64,000 nt of DNA from Camelus ferus. Its lineage: Eukaryota. Of the stretch, positions 37,364 through 50,097 are shown piece after piece. A model generated the notes under the pieces. It was not told where the DNA came from. It did not search any database and saw only the letters and a program-made list of their open reading frames with translations. Position 1 is the first letter of the stretch. Each line of letters starts with the position of its first letter. Made by a program: the position numbers and the translations under genes. Where the stretch lies: positions 17,856,001-17,920,000 of the forward strand of contig NC_045715.1 of the NCBI RefSeq assembly GCF_009834535.1. Direction: 5' to 3'.

Positions 37364-38403
37364 AACAGAACCTTTACCCCTTAGGGGTAGCCCTGCTTCT
37401 AAAGATGGGTTGTATTCTCCCAGAACCTGTTTTTACTAAAATATTCAAAAGTACTTTAACAAAGATTAGATGCATGTGACATCATTCCAATGAACTGTAC
37501 AGGACAGACAAAGCAGTATCAAGTGCTGTCTTGCTGCTGTGGCCTTTTGTATCTAAAATTTGTCACCTGCTCCCCCCCCCCCCTTGGTATTGATTTTGTT
37601 TATCTATGTAGGTACATGCGGTTGAGTCCATCGCATTGAAAGAATAAATCATAATGTGTTCCTATGTTCCTCTGTTGATGAACGTTTAGGTTGTATACCT
37701 CCATAGTACAGAAGAGAAGAAGATTAAGGACCAAATCCTGCGGTACTCCAAAGTTTGGAGGTCAGGGAGCAGAGAAGGTACCCGAGGAGCAAAGGAATAT
37801 GAAGATCAGATGCGAGGGGAGAGTGAATTCTTGGAAGCCAGGTGAGGAAACTGTTTCAAGGAAGCAGTAGCGATCAGTTGTGTCAAATCCTGCAAGAAGG
37901 ATGAGGAAGATGAGGACTGTGACCTGACCCTGTATTTTGCAATGTGGAGACCATTGATAGCCTTGTCTGGAGAACTTCCTGTAGCATGGGGGAGTAGGGA
38001 GTTTCAAGAAGAAATATGGAGATGTCAGAGGCACAGAGGCAGAGGAGGCAGGGAACAGGTTTAGCATCTCAGAAACAGCAATTAGGAGAGCAGAGAATAA
38101 ACCCAGGGACACCTTCAACAAAACTAGGTGCCAAGTATCCCCCTGAATCCCAGAATTCGGGTAGATGGGGGCCAAATCACCAACAGCAGCCAGAACAAAG
38201 TGGGAGCAGCTTTCATTGGAGTGCGAGGGGAGACAGAGGCAACTTCTTGTTCAATGTAAAAAAACAAAAACAAAACCAAAAAAACAGGAGGAGAATGGTT
38301 GAGTATGCTACCTTTTAAGGGAGGGAGGAGATATTTTAAAAATACAAACAGTTTAAGTTTTTTTCAAAAGGAAAGAATAACAACAACAAAATTAATTAAA
38401 ATG

Positions 38404-38620
38404 NNNNNNNNNNNNNNNNNNNNNNNNNNNNNNNNNNNNNNNNNNNNNNNNNNNNNNNNNNNNNNNNNNNNNNNNNNNNNNNNNNNNNNNNNNNNNNNNN
38501 NNNNNNNNNNNNNNNNNNNNNNNNNNNNNNNNNNNNNNNNNCCCTGCCCTGACCACCACTGTGATAACCCAGAACTCCTCTAGACATTGCCAGATGCCCC
38601 CCCTGGTTGAGAACCACTGC
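38404..38620. mobile_element. MER20-like DNA transposon, partly N-masked
   Basis: Visible end ...cctctagacattgccagatgcccccctggttgagaaccactg is the MER20-type terminus. Confidence 0.6.
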
Positions 38621-39499
38621 TGTAGAGACAGAAAGCAGGGAGGAGGGGATAGGAATGTAAACTTGACTTATGAACATGCCTTGCTTTATAGTTTTTACTT
38701 TGGAACTATGCATATTTTTATATAATTAAAAAGCACCTCTTCCAACCACATATAGTAGTTATTTTCCTCGTGGCCTTATATACCTGCAGAGTCGTCCATC
38801 ATTGGGCTGAACTATAGTGCCCTCAACCAGATCTCTCTTCATTCACATTTGCCTTTTCTGTGTTTTACTGTTACAATAAGCACTGCAGTGAATGGACCTA
38901 TGAAACTTCAGTTAGTATTTTTGCCAGTGTATCTTTAGAATCCGTTCCTCGATGTGAAAATTCTGGCTTAAAGGCTAAATGGATATGACATTTTATTAGC
39001 TGTTACTAAATTCCCCTTTGTAGTGATGAAAACCCCTCCCACCCAGAAAAATTGTTTAAAAATGGACAAAAGACAATTCAGAGACAAAGAAAAGAAACAT
39101 AATTTAAATCTTGCTCATACTAAGAGAAACACAGATTAAAAACTACCTTGAAATACTGTTTCTCAAGCTTCTACTTGACAAAAATCTCAAAGTTTGACAT
39201 CTTTGTGAGTAATGCTGTGTGGAAACAGGTACTTTCATTCTTTGCTAGAAACATCATTACAGCCTTCTTCTTATAAGGACATCAGTCATATCGGATTAGG
39301 AGCCCATTCTGTTCCACTATGAACTCATTTTAACTTAGTTACATTTACAACCACCCTATTTCCAAATAAGGTTACACTCTAAAGCAGTGGGGATATTGAC
39401 TTAAACTTATCTTTTTGGAGAAAGGGGGGTGGGACACAAAAAAACCTACACACTGTCCAAGGCTTCTCCAGATCTAAGCATTCTTTGAAAAGCTGGGAT

Positions 39500-40500
39500 T
39501 GTCCTACAATTGCCCTAAAACTGAAAACTAAAATCAGGAAAGGTGGATGATCTTGTTTATACGTTATAAAGCATTATTAATCCTCAAAACAATGTGGTAT
39601 TAGTGCTTAAAGAGAAAGATCAATACAACAGAAGAGGAAGTCCAGAAATAGACAAGTAACATAGGAATTCGTATCCAATGAAGAAAGCGTTTCTAATCAC
39701 TGGGAGTAAATTTGGACTATAAAAGTGTTGAGACAACTGGATAGACATTTGTAAAACCCCATATACCAGAATGCACTTCAAGTAGATCAAAGGTTCAAAT
39801 GTAAAAGGAAACACAAAAATGCAGAAGTACTCAAATAAAATATAGGTGAATTCCTTTGATTCTTGAAGTTGGGCAGACCTTTCCAAATATTACTCAAAAT
39901 CTAAAAGCCATGAAAGAAAATACTGGTAAATTCAATAATAAAAATAAAAAGGTTGCAGAGCCAATTTTATTATAAGCAAAGTTAAAAGACAAATGACAAT
40001 CTGAAAAAAATTATTTTACAACTCATAAAGGGCTAATCTTGCTAATATGCAGGGCTTTTGGAACTGGTTTAAACCACTTCATTTACACAATGAATATCAT
40101 GTTTCTCTGGAAAGAAAGGAGGAAGATCCCTGTGTCCTGTTGAAGACACAGCTCCAGGACAGACTACTAAGCAAGCAGTGGGAGAGAGTATGTCTGTATT
40201 ATTGTACAGATAGGGTGAGAAAGAAGAGTATATTTTTCATTTCTGTTTGCATAAATACTGGAAGGGGAACTGTGTGGACAGGGACAGTGGTGTGGAACTT
40301 GACTCTCAGTGCATATTTTTTCATATAGTTTTGATCTTTGAATCAAACTTATTAAAAAATAAAATGAGGATATGACCAACGGTAGTTGAGATCTCAGTAG
40401 TATTTTTCTGGATACCTCCAAACATTTTTGTTTTTAAGATTCCATTATTACCATTTTACCACAACCTGTTATTTGCATTGTAACTTTTTACCCTTTGAAA
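39500..40500 (+). mobile_element. Old LINE-1 (L1ME-like) ORF2 3' remnant
   Basis: gatcaatacaacagaagaggaagtccagaaatagac..., aagtagatcaaaggttcaaatgtaaaa..., aagcaaagttaaaagacaaatgacaatctg. Confidence 0.6.
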
Positions 40501-41567
40501 TATAAATCCTACTTTTGTGAACCTATTTTGAGACATACTTGAAAGTGACTGTATCATTTTTGTTAATTAAATTTTTAAAAATCCAGCAATAGGTGACTGG
40601 TGAAATAAACAAAGGAGTATCACACAATGGAACACTATGGGTAGTTGTAAGGCCACCATTTTACTATCTAGGAGTTAATACTTTTGATTTAATCCAGTTC
40701 TGTTTTTATATGCAGAATAGTTTTATTGTTCTACATGGAGATACTATTGAAGATCTGATAAATATGTTATGATGTAAAGGAAAAAGAAACAAGTTCCCCT
40801 GCCTCCCCCAATATTCCCCTTTTTCACTTTGGCCACATAGGACACAATAAAACTTGTAGCATCAAGATCATAGCAAAACCCATTATTTGTGATTTATACC
40901 TTCTTAAGGAGGCCCCAGTGAGCTTCATACAATCAATCCTGGAAGTCATATAACCTCCTGTGCTTTTCTCTGTCCCTTTCTTTCAAAAAGCCCCATAAAC
41001 AGGGACAATCAAACGAAGTATTAGTAAAGGACATAATTTCTATGTCACCACTGTTATCTACTTGTCTTAAAAGATCTCTGAGATAATCAGTGAGACTGAT
41101 TTCAGGTTTCTCTTCTCTCTTACCTGGACATTAGAGCTGATAAAATTCTGTGGTCAGAATATCAAAACAGACTCTTAGAATTGTAAAAGACCATAAGAGA
41201 GCATCTTAAGTGTTATTCAGACTTCTTTGACTGTAACTCCAATAAGATATGCTTTCTTCTTTATAACTCAGAACATACAGGCATATGCTTAACAACTTAA
41301 GTGCCTGAAGCCTACATTCTGGGAAGCCGTATTTATTCTTACAATGTGGCACTCTCTAATGCGCCTATTATATTCCTAACAGGCCATGAAAAACACCACT
41401 TTAATCCATCCTCTTTGCTTTTAAATAACCAAATGGAAGCACAAAGAGTAGAATAATGATTTAGATTTATCGATAAGTGGGCAGCGCCAGGTCTCCTTGT
41501 CCTTTTTCCTTTATGTTCTTCTCCATTTCAGTCACCCCCTTGGTGACCTCAGTGAGTCTCAAGACTG

Positions 41568-42088
41568 TTTTTTTTTTAAACATTCTTTATTGATTTATAA
41601 TCATTTTATAATGTTGTGTCAAATTCCAGTGTTCAGCACAATTTTTCAGTCATTCATGGACATATACACACTCGTTACATTTTTTTCTCTGTGAGTTATC
41701 ATAACATTTTGTGTATCTTCCCTGTGCTACAGTATAATCTTGTTTATCTATTCTACAATTTTGAAATCCCAGTCTATCCCTTCCCACCCTCCACTCCCCT
41801 GGCAACAAGTCTGTATTCTATGTCTATGAGTCTATTTCTGTCCTGTATTTACACTTTGTTTTTGTTTGTTTGTTTTTGTTTTTTAGATTCCACATATGAG
41901 CGATCTCATATGGTATTTTTCTTTCTCTTTCTGGCTTACTTCACTTAGAATGNNNNNNNNNNNNNNNNNNNNNNNNNNNNNNNNNNNNNNNNNNNNNNNN
42001 NNNNNNNNNNNNNNNNNNNNNNNNNNNNNNNNNNNNNNNNNNNNNNNNNNNNNNNNNNNNNNNNNNNNNNNNNNNNNNNNNNNNNNNN
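41568..42088 (-). mobile_element. Relatively young LINE-1 3' end (camelid-type), partly N-masked
   Basis: Poly-T then acattctttattgatttataatc...ttccctgtgctacagtataatc...tagattccacatatgagcgatctcatatggtatttttctttctctttctggcttacttcacttag. Confidence 0.8.
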
Positions 42089-42449
42089 AGACTTTAAATG
42101 CCACCCATATACTAATGACTCCCAAATTTATAGCTGCACCTTAATTCAACTCCATTCACCCCAAAACTACTCTTGTCAAAGCTACTAATGACCCTCATAC
42201 TACTAAACCAAGGGACTGTTCTCAGGCTTCTAAACACTTCAGTATATTAGCAGTATTTGAACCCAGTCAATTATTATTCCCTTATCCACTTGGTAATCTC
42301 TTGGACTCCTCAAATTTCACAACAGAATTTCTGATTCACCTTCCCCCAACTCCAGGACAGTACACTTGTTTCTCTTACAGATGACCATCTTAGAGAAACT
42401 CTTCTCATTCTTCTAGTTCATTCTTTCAGCCACATTGAGTTTGAGGGCT

Positions 42450-44100
42450 TAACATCTAAGAAAACACTGAACAAATTAAAAGAGAAAAACCGTATAATCA
42501 TATCAATACATAAAGAAAGTCTGGCAGCCATTTAATTTTTTTTTTTAAGGAAAATCGGAATGGAAGGTAACCATTTACATATAATGGAGATACCAAAGTT
42601 AATAACAGATACTATCCTAAAGAACAACACTTAATACCATGTTAATTAAAACTAAGAACTAAGAAGGGATACCTGCTAAAAATATTATTCAACTTCACTT
42701 GGGAAATTCTTAGTAAATGCAGTACAAAGAGAAAATGAAATGCTTGGTATTCACATTAAGAAAAACAAAACAAAAAAAAAATGACAAGATTATTTTGCTG
42801 ATGACTAGGAAAAATTCAAGGGGCTCTTAGTTTAAGAAGGAAAGAATGATAGAAATTGGTAAGTTTGCTGGATATAAAACAACATCAATAAATTTCTTCC
42901 TTTCTAGCAGTTAAGACCTAAAAAAAAAATAAATAAATAAAAGAAGAGTATTCTATTCACAATCAAAACAAGGACATAAATTAATTAGGTATAGAATTAA
43001 GAAAGGTACCTGACTCACACAAAGAGAACAGTAGAAAAGACTAAGAATACAGAAATAGATCCCCTTACATAAGAACTTAATAAATAACAAAAATGATATA
43101 TTTCAGTTCAATGGGAGAAATGGGTTACTTAATAAATGGTGTTAAAACAACTAGCCATTCATCTGGAAGAATGTAAACTTGACTATCTTAAACTACATAA
43201 AATAAATTCTAGATGGATTAGAGGCTAAAAAACTTTTAAGAAGCAAACATTTTTAGAAGAAAACCTAGGAGGTGAATGAATAATGGAGGGGTGGGGTTCA
43301 GTTTCTTAACCAAGAGTGGAAATATAGAAGCTATGAGAAAAGATATATTTGTGATTAAAACTTAATATTCAAAATTTTATATAATACATATCAGTGGAAA
43401 ATACACCATAAACACAAGAACCATAGAGAAAAAAAGCCAAGAGTAGAAAACTATCTGCAACACAGGTTATAACTATAAGGTTCGTTTCTCTACCATAAAA
43501 AAAAAAAAAAAAACAGAACTGAGTAAGAAACTGCACAATGAAAAATTTAGAGATAGAAGTGGAAATTCTCTGAAAAGCTAACTCAAATGGCCAAGAAACC
43601 TAAAGAAAGGTTGCATTGGTGGCCATGGGAATGCAAATCAAAGTGACAATATGAAATAATTTTACACTTTTGATTGGCAGAAATTAATAAGATCACATCT
43701 TGATGGTTGGAATGCAGGAGGAGGGGCTATTTTCAGGCTATGTCAGCACCAACTGAAATTTAAAATACGTTCTAATCTAGCACTTTCCGCTTTGAAATTC
43801 TGTTCTTTATTGCACCGTGGTCAGCAGTGGTAAATAGAGACGTCAATGCTTATCACTAGGACGTGGATGAATAAATTATTCTATTCCACGTGAAGGACAT
43901 AAAAAAAGGTAATTTGATTTGAAAGGGTTTCCATAAGGTTCTGTTAAGAGAAAAGCAACGTGCAGAGAAGTATGTATATCACCATTTTGTAAACAATTAT
44001 GCATATGTATGCTAAGTGAATGTAAAAGACCTAATTCAAAGGAAAACATGATTAACTACATACCAGTTTGGGGAAGGGGAGTAGGGATGTGAAGTGCCCA
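42450..44100 (+). mobile_element. Old LINE-1 ORF2/3' remnants
   Basis: aaccgtataatcatatcaatac..., ttattcaacttcacttgggaaattcttag..., aaacaactagccattcatctgga..., aactcaaatggccaag. Confidence 0.55.
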
Positions 44101-44537
44101 GTATGGCGGAGACAAGGGGATGCAAGGAACCATGCAAAACAATGGGGAAACAGAGACCATTAAAAAATAGAACAATTGACTATTAAAGATTTGTATGTGC
44201 ATACGTAAAAAAGTTTTAAGACTGAGCTGCATTAAGAAGTGAGTAAACCTGGTTCATACGAAACATTTTTTCCCCTTGGATGCGAAAAAGATGTTATTAA
44301 CGGAACCCTAGAATTAAAATTTCAAAAGCTTAAAGGGGCAATTCTATGAAAGTGTCCCCAAATATTTAAAGTGGTATAGCTCACCAGGGTTGAAAACCCT
44401 GTAGTCGGAGAAATACGATCTAGTTAGGCGCAGAGTGGAAGTTTCAAGTATTACCCAATCAGAGAAGTAACGTTATTAAGAGAAACCGGGTAAGGAAGGG
44501 CTTTAGCTCTTTAAATTCCACGGCAGCCAAACTGACC

Positions 44538-44760
44538 GTGGCAGGAAACTAGCTGACAATCTGTAAACCCACCCAGGGTAAGGCGCCGCCAAGCAAGAGC
44601 GACCTGCAGGATCAGAGCTGGTCCGTGATGGCGATGCAGGTAAGCGTGTGAGGCCTACCTGAGGTCGAGGACACCAATCTGGGCACCATACACAGCGGAG
44701 AACCATCGTCATCCCCAAGGTCAGACAGCTCGCCCACACATCGTCCTGTAGAAAGCATTA
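44538..44760 (+). pseudogene. Decayed unprocessed histone H3.1 pseudogene with internal deletions
   Basis: AAA CCC ACC CAG GGT AAG GCG CCG..AAG CAA (~K9-Q19), then GAC CTG..CAG AGC..GTG ATG GCG..CAG..GCG TGT GAG GCC TAC CTG and GAG GAC ACC AAT CTG..ATA CAC..CCC AAG..CAG CTC GCC (~D81 to end). CCAAT at 44455-44459; stem-loop remnant at 44785-44807. Confidence 0.85.
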
Positions 44761-45277
44761 CGTAGTAGGTTTCGCTGATTACCTCAAAAGAATCTTTCAG
44801 GGACATCAGTTTGGAAATAGCAGATTTAGCTGTCTCCACTTAGCTCTCACAGAACACCAGGGAAGTCTAAAGCAGACAAGGAGAGCAGGCACACGAATCC
44901 AGCCTGAGCCAGGGAGGTTCGGTCATAGCTACAAGTAGTTACCACTGAGGACAAGTTAGTTTGGGGTGTGGGACTTCAGGATAGGTCCAAAATACTCCCC
45001 CCCCACCCCACCGCCCCATATTTTTAATATACAGGTAAATGCAAACTGGATATAAAGTACTAGAGAAAAGTGGCTCCCAAACTTTGATGTTTAAATTACC
45101 TAGGAGGCCAAGCACCAACCAGCTTCTTTCAGTAGGTAATACCCAGCTTCTAAGACTCAGAACTTATCTAAACCTCAAAAAGATCCTGATGTAGAGCAAA
45201 GGCTAGCTTGGGAACGCACTATATTTGCATGGATGAAGTTTACTAAGTTTATATAAGAAAAGAGATTTGCGTACTAA

Positions 45278-45318
45278 AGCTCTTTCCCTGAAATGTGTTG
45301 GTGGCTCTTAAAAGAGCC
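45278..45318 (-). terminator. H1-1 histone stem-loop and HDE
   Basis: GGCTCT-TTTA-AGAGCC at 45303-45318; AAAGAGCT HDE at 45278-45285. Confidence 0.95.
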
Positions 45319-45353
45319 GTTGGGTTACTGTAAGGAGCTTCCAACCGGGACTT

Positions 45354-46010
45354 TTACTTCTTCTTGGGTGCTGCCTTCTTGGGCTTGGTAGTTGTCTTTG
45401 GCTTGGTAATCTTAGCCTTGGCCGCTTTGGGTTTTACAGCCTTGGCCTTGGCAGGGCTCTTAGCTACTTTTTTAGGCTTCACAACTTTGGGCTTCTTAGG
45501 ACTCTTGGAGGACTTCTTTGCCACCGCGGGCTTCTTAGCCTTTTTTGGAGTCTTGACTCCTTTTTTAGCAGCAGCCGCCCCCGTGGCCTTCTTGGGCTTC
45601 TTAGCGGCGCCAGTTCCTTTGGTTTTCGCTGCCACCTTTACAGCGCTGGGCTTCGCTTCCACAGAGGCCACTTTCTTATTGAGCTTGAAAGAGCCTGAGG
45701 CGCCGGTGCCCTTGGTCTGTACCAGGGTGCCTTTGTTCACCAGGCTCTTAAGACCCAGCTTGATGCGGCTGTTGTTCTTCTCCACGTCGTAGCCGGCGGC
45801 CGCCAGCGCCTTCTTGAGCGCAGCCAGGGAGACGCCGCTGCGCTCCTTAGAGGAGGAAACGGCCTGCACAATCAGCTCCGAGACCGAAGGACCCGCGGGC
45901 TTTTTTTTCGTGGCAGCTGCAACCTTTGCAGGCTTTTTCACTTTTTTGCCAGCTGAAACCTTCTCAGGAGGAGTGGAAACAGCTGGAGCGGGCGGCGCGG
46001 TCTCCGACAT
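45354..46010 (-). CDS. H1-1: Linker histone H1.1 (218 aa)
   Basis: [52 protein letters not shown] globular domain with the H1.1-type signature; intronless; stem-loop; first gene of the cluster after TRIM38. Confidence 0.95.
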   Translation of the reverse strand: MSETAPPAPAVSTPPEKVSAGKKVKKPAKVAAATKKKPAGPSVSELIVQAVSSSKERSGVSLAALKKALAAAGYDVEKNNSRIKLGLKSLVNKGTLVQTKGTGASGSFKLNKKVASVEAKPSAVKVAAKTKGTGAAKKPKKATGAAAAKKGVKTPKKAKKPAVAKKSSKSPKKPKVVKPKKVAKSPAKAKAVKPKAAKAKITKPKTTTKPKKAAPKKK

Positions 46011-46088
46011 GGTGAACGCAGAGAAAGACCAAAAACACTACTTACACCCAACTAAGGCAGTAAGAAGCAACAGGACCCCGGAGCGCGG

Positions 46089-46119
46089 TATTTATAGGGC
46101 GGGGCCGCGCTATGATTGG
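46089..46119 (-). promoter_or_regulatory. H1-1 core promoter
   Basis: TATAAATA at 46096-46089, GC box at 46097-46104, CCAAT at 46119-46115. Confidence 0.85.
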
Positions 46120-48298
46120 TGCACGCTGGTGCCCTCCCCGGGCATCCTAGCGCCCCCTGTGCTCCTCACCCGGACTCAGAGCAGCCGGGGGCCGCTGGGG
46201 CCTAGGATCCTGCTTCCCTGCAGCTTTCACACAGGCACCCAGACAGTCCCCCCCAATCTCCCGCCTCCAGTCGCCTCCTGGAGACGAAAATACCAGGCTG
46301 GGAAGGGTCCGGCTCTCTCGCCACTTACCATCAGAGGGTGCTACTTCCCTTTAAAAAAGCAGGTCTTTGAGTTTCACCTGAAAACTCACCTCTAGGAAGA
46401 AATATCAGGGACATTAATTTCCAATCTGCAATAAATGCAAGATTGTCTTGCGTGACTTGGGAGGGAGAGAGGAAAGCGAGGGGATGTAGGCCTGATCTGC
46501 AACTTTGGGATGAGTTCTCATCTATGCTGTTGACTTTACTGGCAATGCTGAAGAGTGATGTGTAATTAGGACCTGAGGCGCGGGGGGCGTTTATGTATTT
46601 GGAGCAAAGAATTGTAGGAAACAACAGAACTGAACACTGCAATTAACACTCAAGCTGCACGTGTGGAAAACGTAGCACGCAAACAATTTCTGTAATTGCA
46701 ACTTATTTCTACAGCCCAATGCACTTAACGAACTTTCGATGCTTTTTCATCCTCGGGACATATGCCAAGATCAAACCCTAGCGCTGGGTAGACTAAGCTG
46801 TTCCCTGACAGGCATTAACAGCGGGGAAGTGGGAGGTGGGGGAGATGGGGGCGGGGGTAATTTGATTTAATATGAAAATGAGAGGGAACAGCCCCGGGAT
46901 AACATTTTAGGGCAATTTCCCTTTAACTTGTTTCTCGAAGTAAAGAACACGTAAAACCATTAACAATACTAAAACGACTTCACATTGCGAGTCAGACTAA
47001 CTACTGAGAGAATAAAATGCCCCCCTGACAACCCTGTTTTGAGTAACATCCCCCAACAATTCTCCAAGGGCAATCGCGTAGCGGCCAGGGGAATGAAGCA
47101 ATGACACGACTATCCCGCGCGCGCGCGATACTGCGGTTTTCAAACAAGTCCGCACTGGCCTGGGTAACCTGAGCTTCCCGGGTTTCCCTGAAAAAGCTCC
47201 TAACTGGCTTTCAGCTAATAATGCAATGGTTCCAGAAACACATTTTATCTATTTTCTCGACCACCCTTTCCTGCTTCCCGTTTTCTTGAGAGTTTGTTTC
47301 AAAGGGCATTATGTAATTTCTAAGAACTTGGTAGAGAAGAGAAAAACTGGAACTATGCATCTTAGTTTGAAAACAGTCAGTTACAACACAGGTATATAAT
47401 CTTTCTCCGGAGGAAGGTTTCATAAGCGAACATTTTCGGAAAACCATAAACAAGCGTTTCTTAGAGTAATAAGTGTAGCATCTAATCAAAGAAAGCCTTT
47501 AAAAGGGAAATACTATTCTCAGGTACTTCTTGTTTAGATAATGAGCTGTGCCTCCTGTGTTTTTTGGAATAAACAGGCATCAAACGAAACAGGACAGCTC
47601 CATGCAAATGAAGGATGCTAGATCTCCTTTCTTAATGGCTATTCAGTATAATATACTCAACCAATCAAATGGTAGCATCTGGGATACCGCCTCTTAGTAT
47701 GAAAGAGTTATATTAGGCATTTCTTGAACATGAAATTTCTGTCGAAAGTCTATTAGGCCTTGGTAAATCCTTCTCTTTACGACCCAAAATCCATTTATTG
47801 GGCAGAGTTCAGTACTTGCTCCCTATAGGGCAGTTTATCTAATGAGCTATTGGGCCAGGCGAGATTCTGTAGCCGGCAATGCATCGGCCAAAGTGTATTC
47901 TAAGCTTTTAGTAAATTTTAGAAAACTCTTTTTAAGTGTAAAAGTCAGAGTGTAAACACTTAACAAAAAGGTGTATTTAAGACTGCACAGACTTCAAATA
48001 AGTTTCTCACTTAAACCTTTACAAAGGAATTTCTTGTAAAATGGTTTAGGAAATTTCTAACCCCGTAGCGGGTTTAGACGAGAGAAAGTGAAAGTAAAGT
48101 ATTGGGGCACTATGCCATCATTTCCTCCCAGGAACTAAGTAAATGTACAGAAAGTTACAGAACTACCGTACCAAATAACTTAATGTCTTTTTTTTTTTTT
48201 TTTGGAAAACTTAACGGTCAAAGTATTACATTCAGATGAAAATCGTATGTGGAAAAGAACAAGTTAAAATTTGAAGAGCCAAGGATAGAACATAGTAC

Positions 48299-48409
48299 CC
48301 AATGAAACTGCACGGTTGTTGGACGGTTTAAAGATAGACCAATCAGAGCCTGGACGTAATAGTTAAACATTTTTGTCATCCAATCACTACACCCTCGGTA
48401 CTATAAATA
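48299..48409 (+). promoter_or_regulatory. H3C1 promoter: three CCAAT boxes and TATA
   Basis: CCAAT at 48299, 48339 and 48380 (40/41-bp spacing); TATAAATA at 48402-48409. Confidence 0.85.
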
Positions 48410-48464
48410 CTAGCAATGATACCGGGCGACATATTTGTGCAAGTGTTTCGTATATTATTTTTAA

Positions 48465-48887
<423 letters not shown>

Positions 48888-48922
48888 TTACACTACCGTT
48901 TTTCTTTGAAATCTCAACCAAA

Positions 48923-48966
48923 GGCTCTTTTCAGAGCCACCCACATTTTCAAGTAAAGTGGCTGTA
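48923..48966 (+). terminator. H3C1 stem-loop and variant HDE
   Basis: GGCTCT-TTTC-AGAGCC at 48923-48938; downstream aaagtggctgta. Confidence 0.9.
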
Positions 48967-49583
48967 AGAAACTAGTTTTATCAACTCGTAAGTGGTTTAG
49001 TATCACTATCTGTTGGAAGTGAACGGATATAGCTCAACACTCCTAGGTCATGGGTACTTTTGGTTTGAATACCCCTGCATATGCGAACAAACTGGCCTTT
49101 TACAATGTTAAATATTGCTGTTCTTTTATGCACTAACAACCAGTTTCAGAGGCACGGGAAAGAATTGGCATTTGCCCTGAACATTTTAAAAACATGGATT
49201 TTGAGCATTAGTTGCAAAACATAAACAGGGATAGTATAGGGCTTTATTAAAACAATTAGATATGGGTAAAAAGCAAAACAGCTTTGAATATGCTGATTTG
49301 TCATTAAGTATAAACAAATTTGCATTTCTTTGATCTTGATATTTTTGCGATTAACAAAACTTAGCGTGAAAGTTTGCCCTTTTAAATATTCTACTTAGAG
49401 TATTTTTGAAATCATAAAATGTTTCCTCTAAGCCTAGTTCCTCCAAGTACTGTAGTTACAAAGACGTGGCTCAGTTGAGGATCAAAGACTAACAGTCAAA
49501 GCGGGCTCTGCAGGCTCGCCACGCCCTCCGCGAGTTCCCGGGGCTTGGAGGAGGGGTTAAGGGAGGGCACTGTTGGCGTCACA

Positions 49584-50012
<429 letters not shown>

Positions 50013-50053
50013 GCATTGATTTCGCCATCCGGACCCTGCATTTCACAACCAAA

Positions 50054-50097
50054 GGCCCTTTTCAGGGCCACCCAACTACTCAAAAAAGAAAGCTGTA
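50054..50097 (+). terminator. H4C1 stem-loop and HDE
   Basis: GGCCCT-TTTC-AGGGCC at 50054-50069; aaagaaagctgtag downstream. Confidence 0.93.

Larger units (their letters stand above)
36638..37367 (+). mobile_element. Young solo LTR (730 bp) with perfect 5-bp TSD
   Basis: Begins TGAAGG, ends GGCAACA; GAACC on both sides (36633-36637, 37368-37372); CpGs retained; tataagaataaa near 37197. Orientation inferred from repeat/TATA order. Confidence 0.85.

Noticed and set aside
45480-45570. H1.1 tail has three S/T-P-X-K CDK sites, including SPKK where I recall NPKK in human
   Set aside because: I recall mouse also has SPKK, so this is probably the ancestral state and not novel
45364-45792. 142-aa plus-strand hydrophobic ORF
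   Set aside because: It is the antisense shadow of the Lys/Ala-rich H1 codons
45814-46395. 193-aa plus-strand ORF over the H1-1 start and promoter
   Set aside because: Antisense, GC-rich open frame with no recognisable domain
47655-47860. Scattered CCAAT/ATTGG boxes upstream of H3C1
   Set aside because: Irregular spacing (52 bp and more), no TATA or ORF remnant; likely chance
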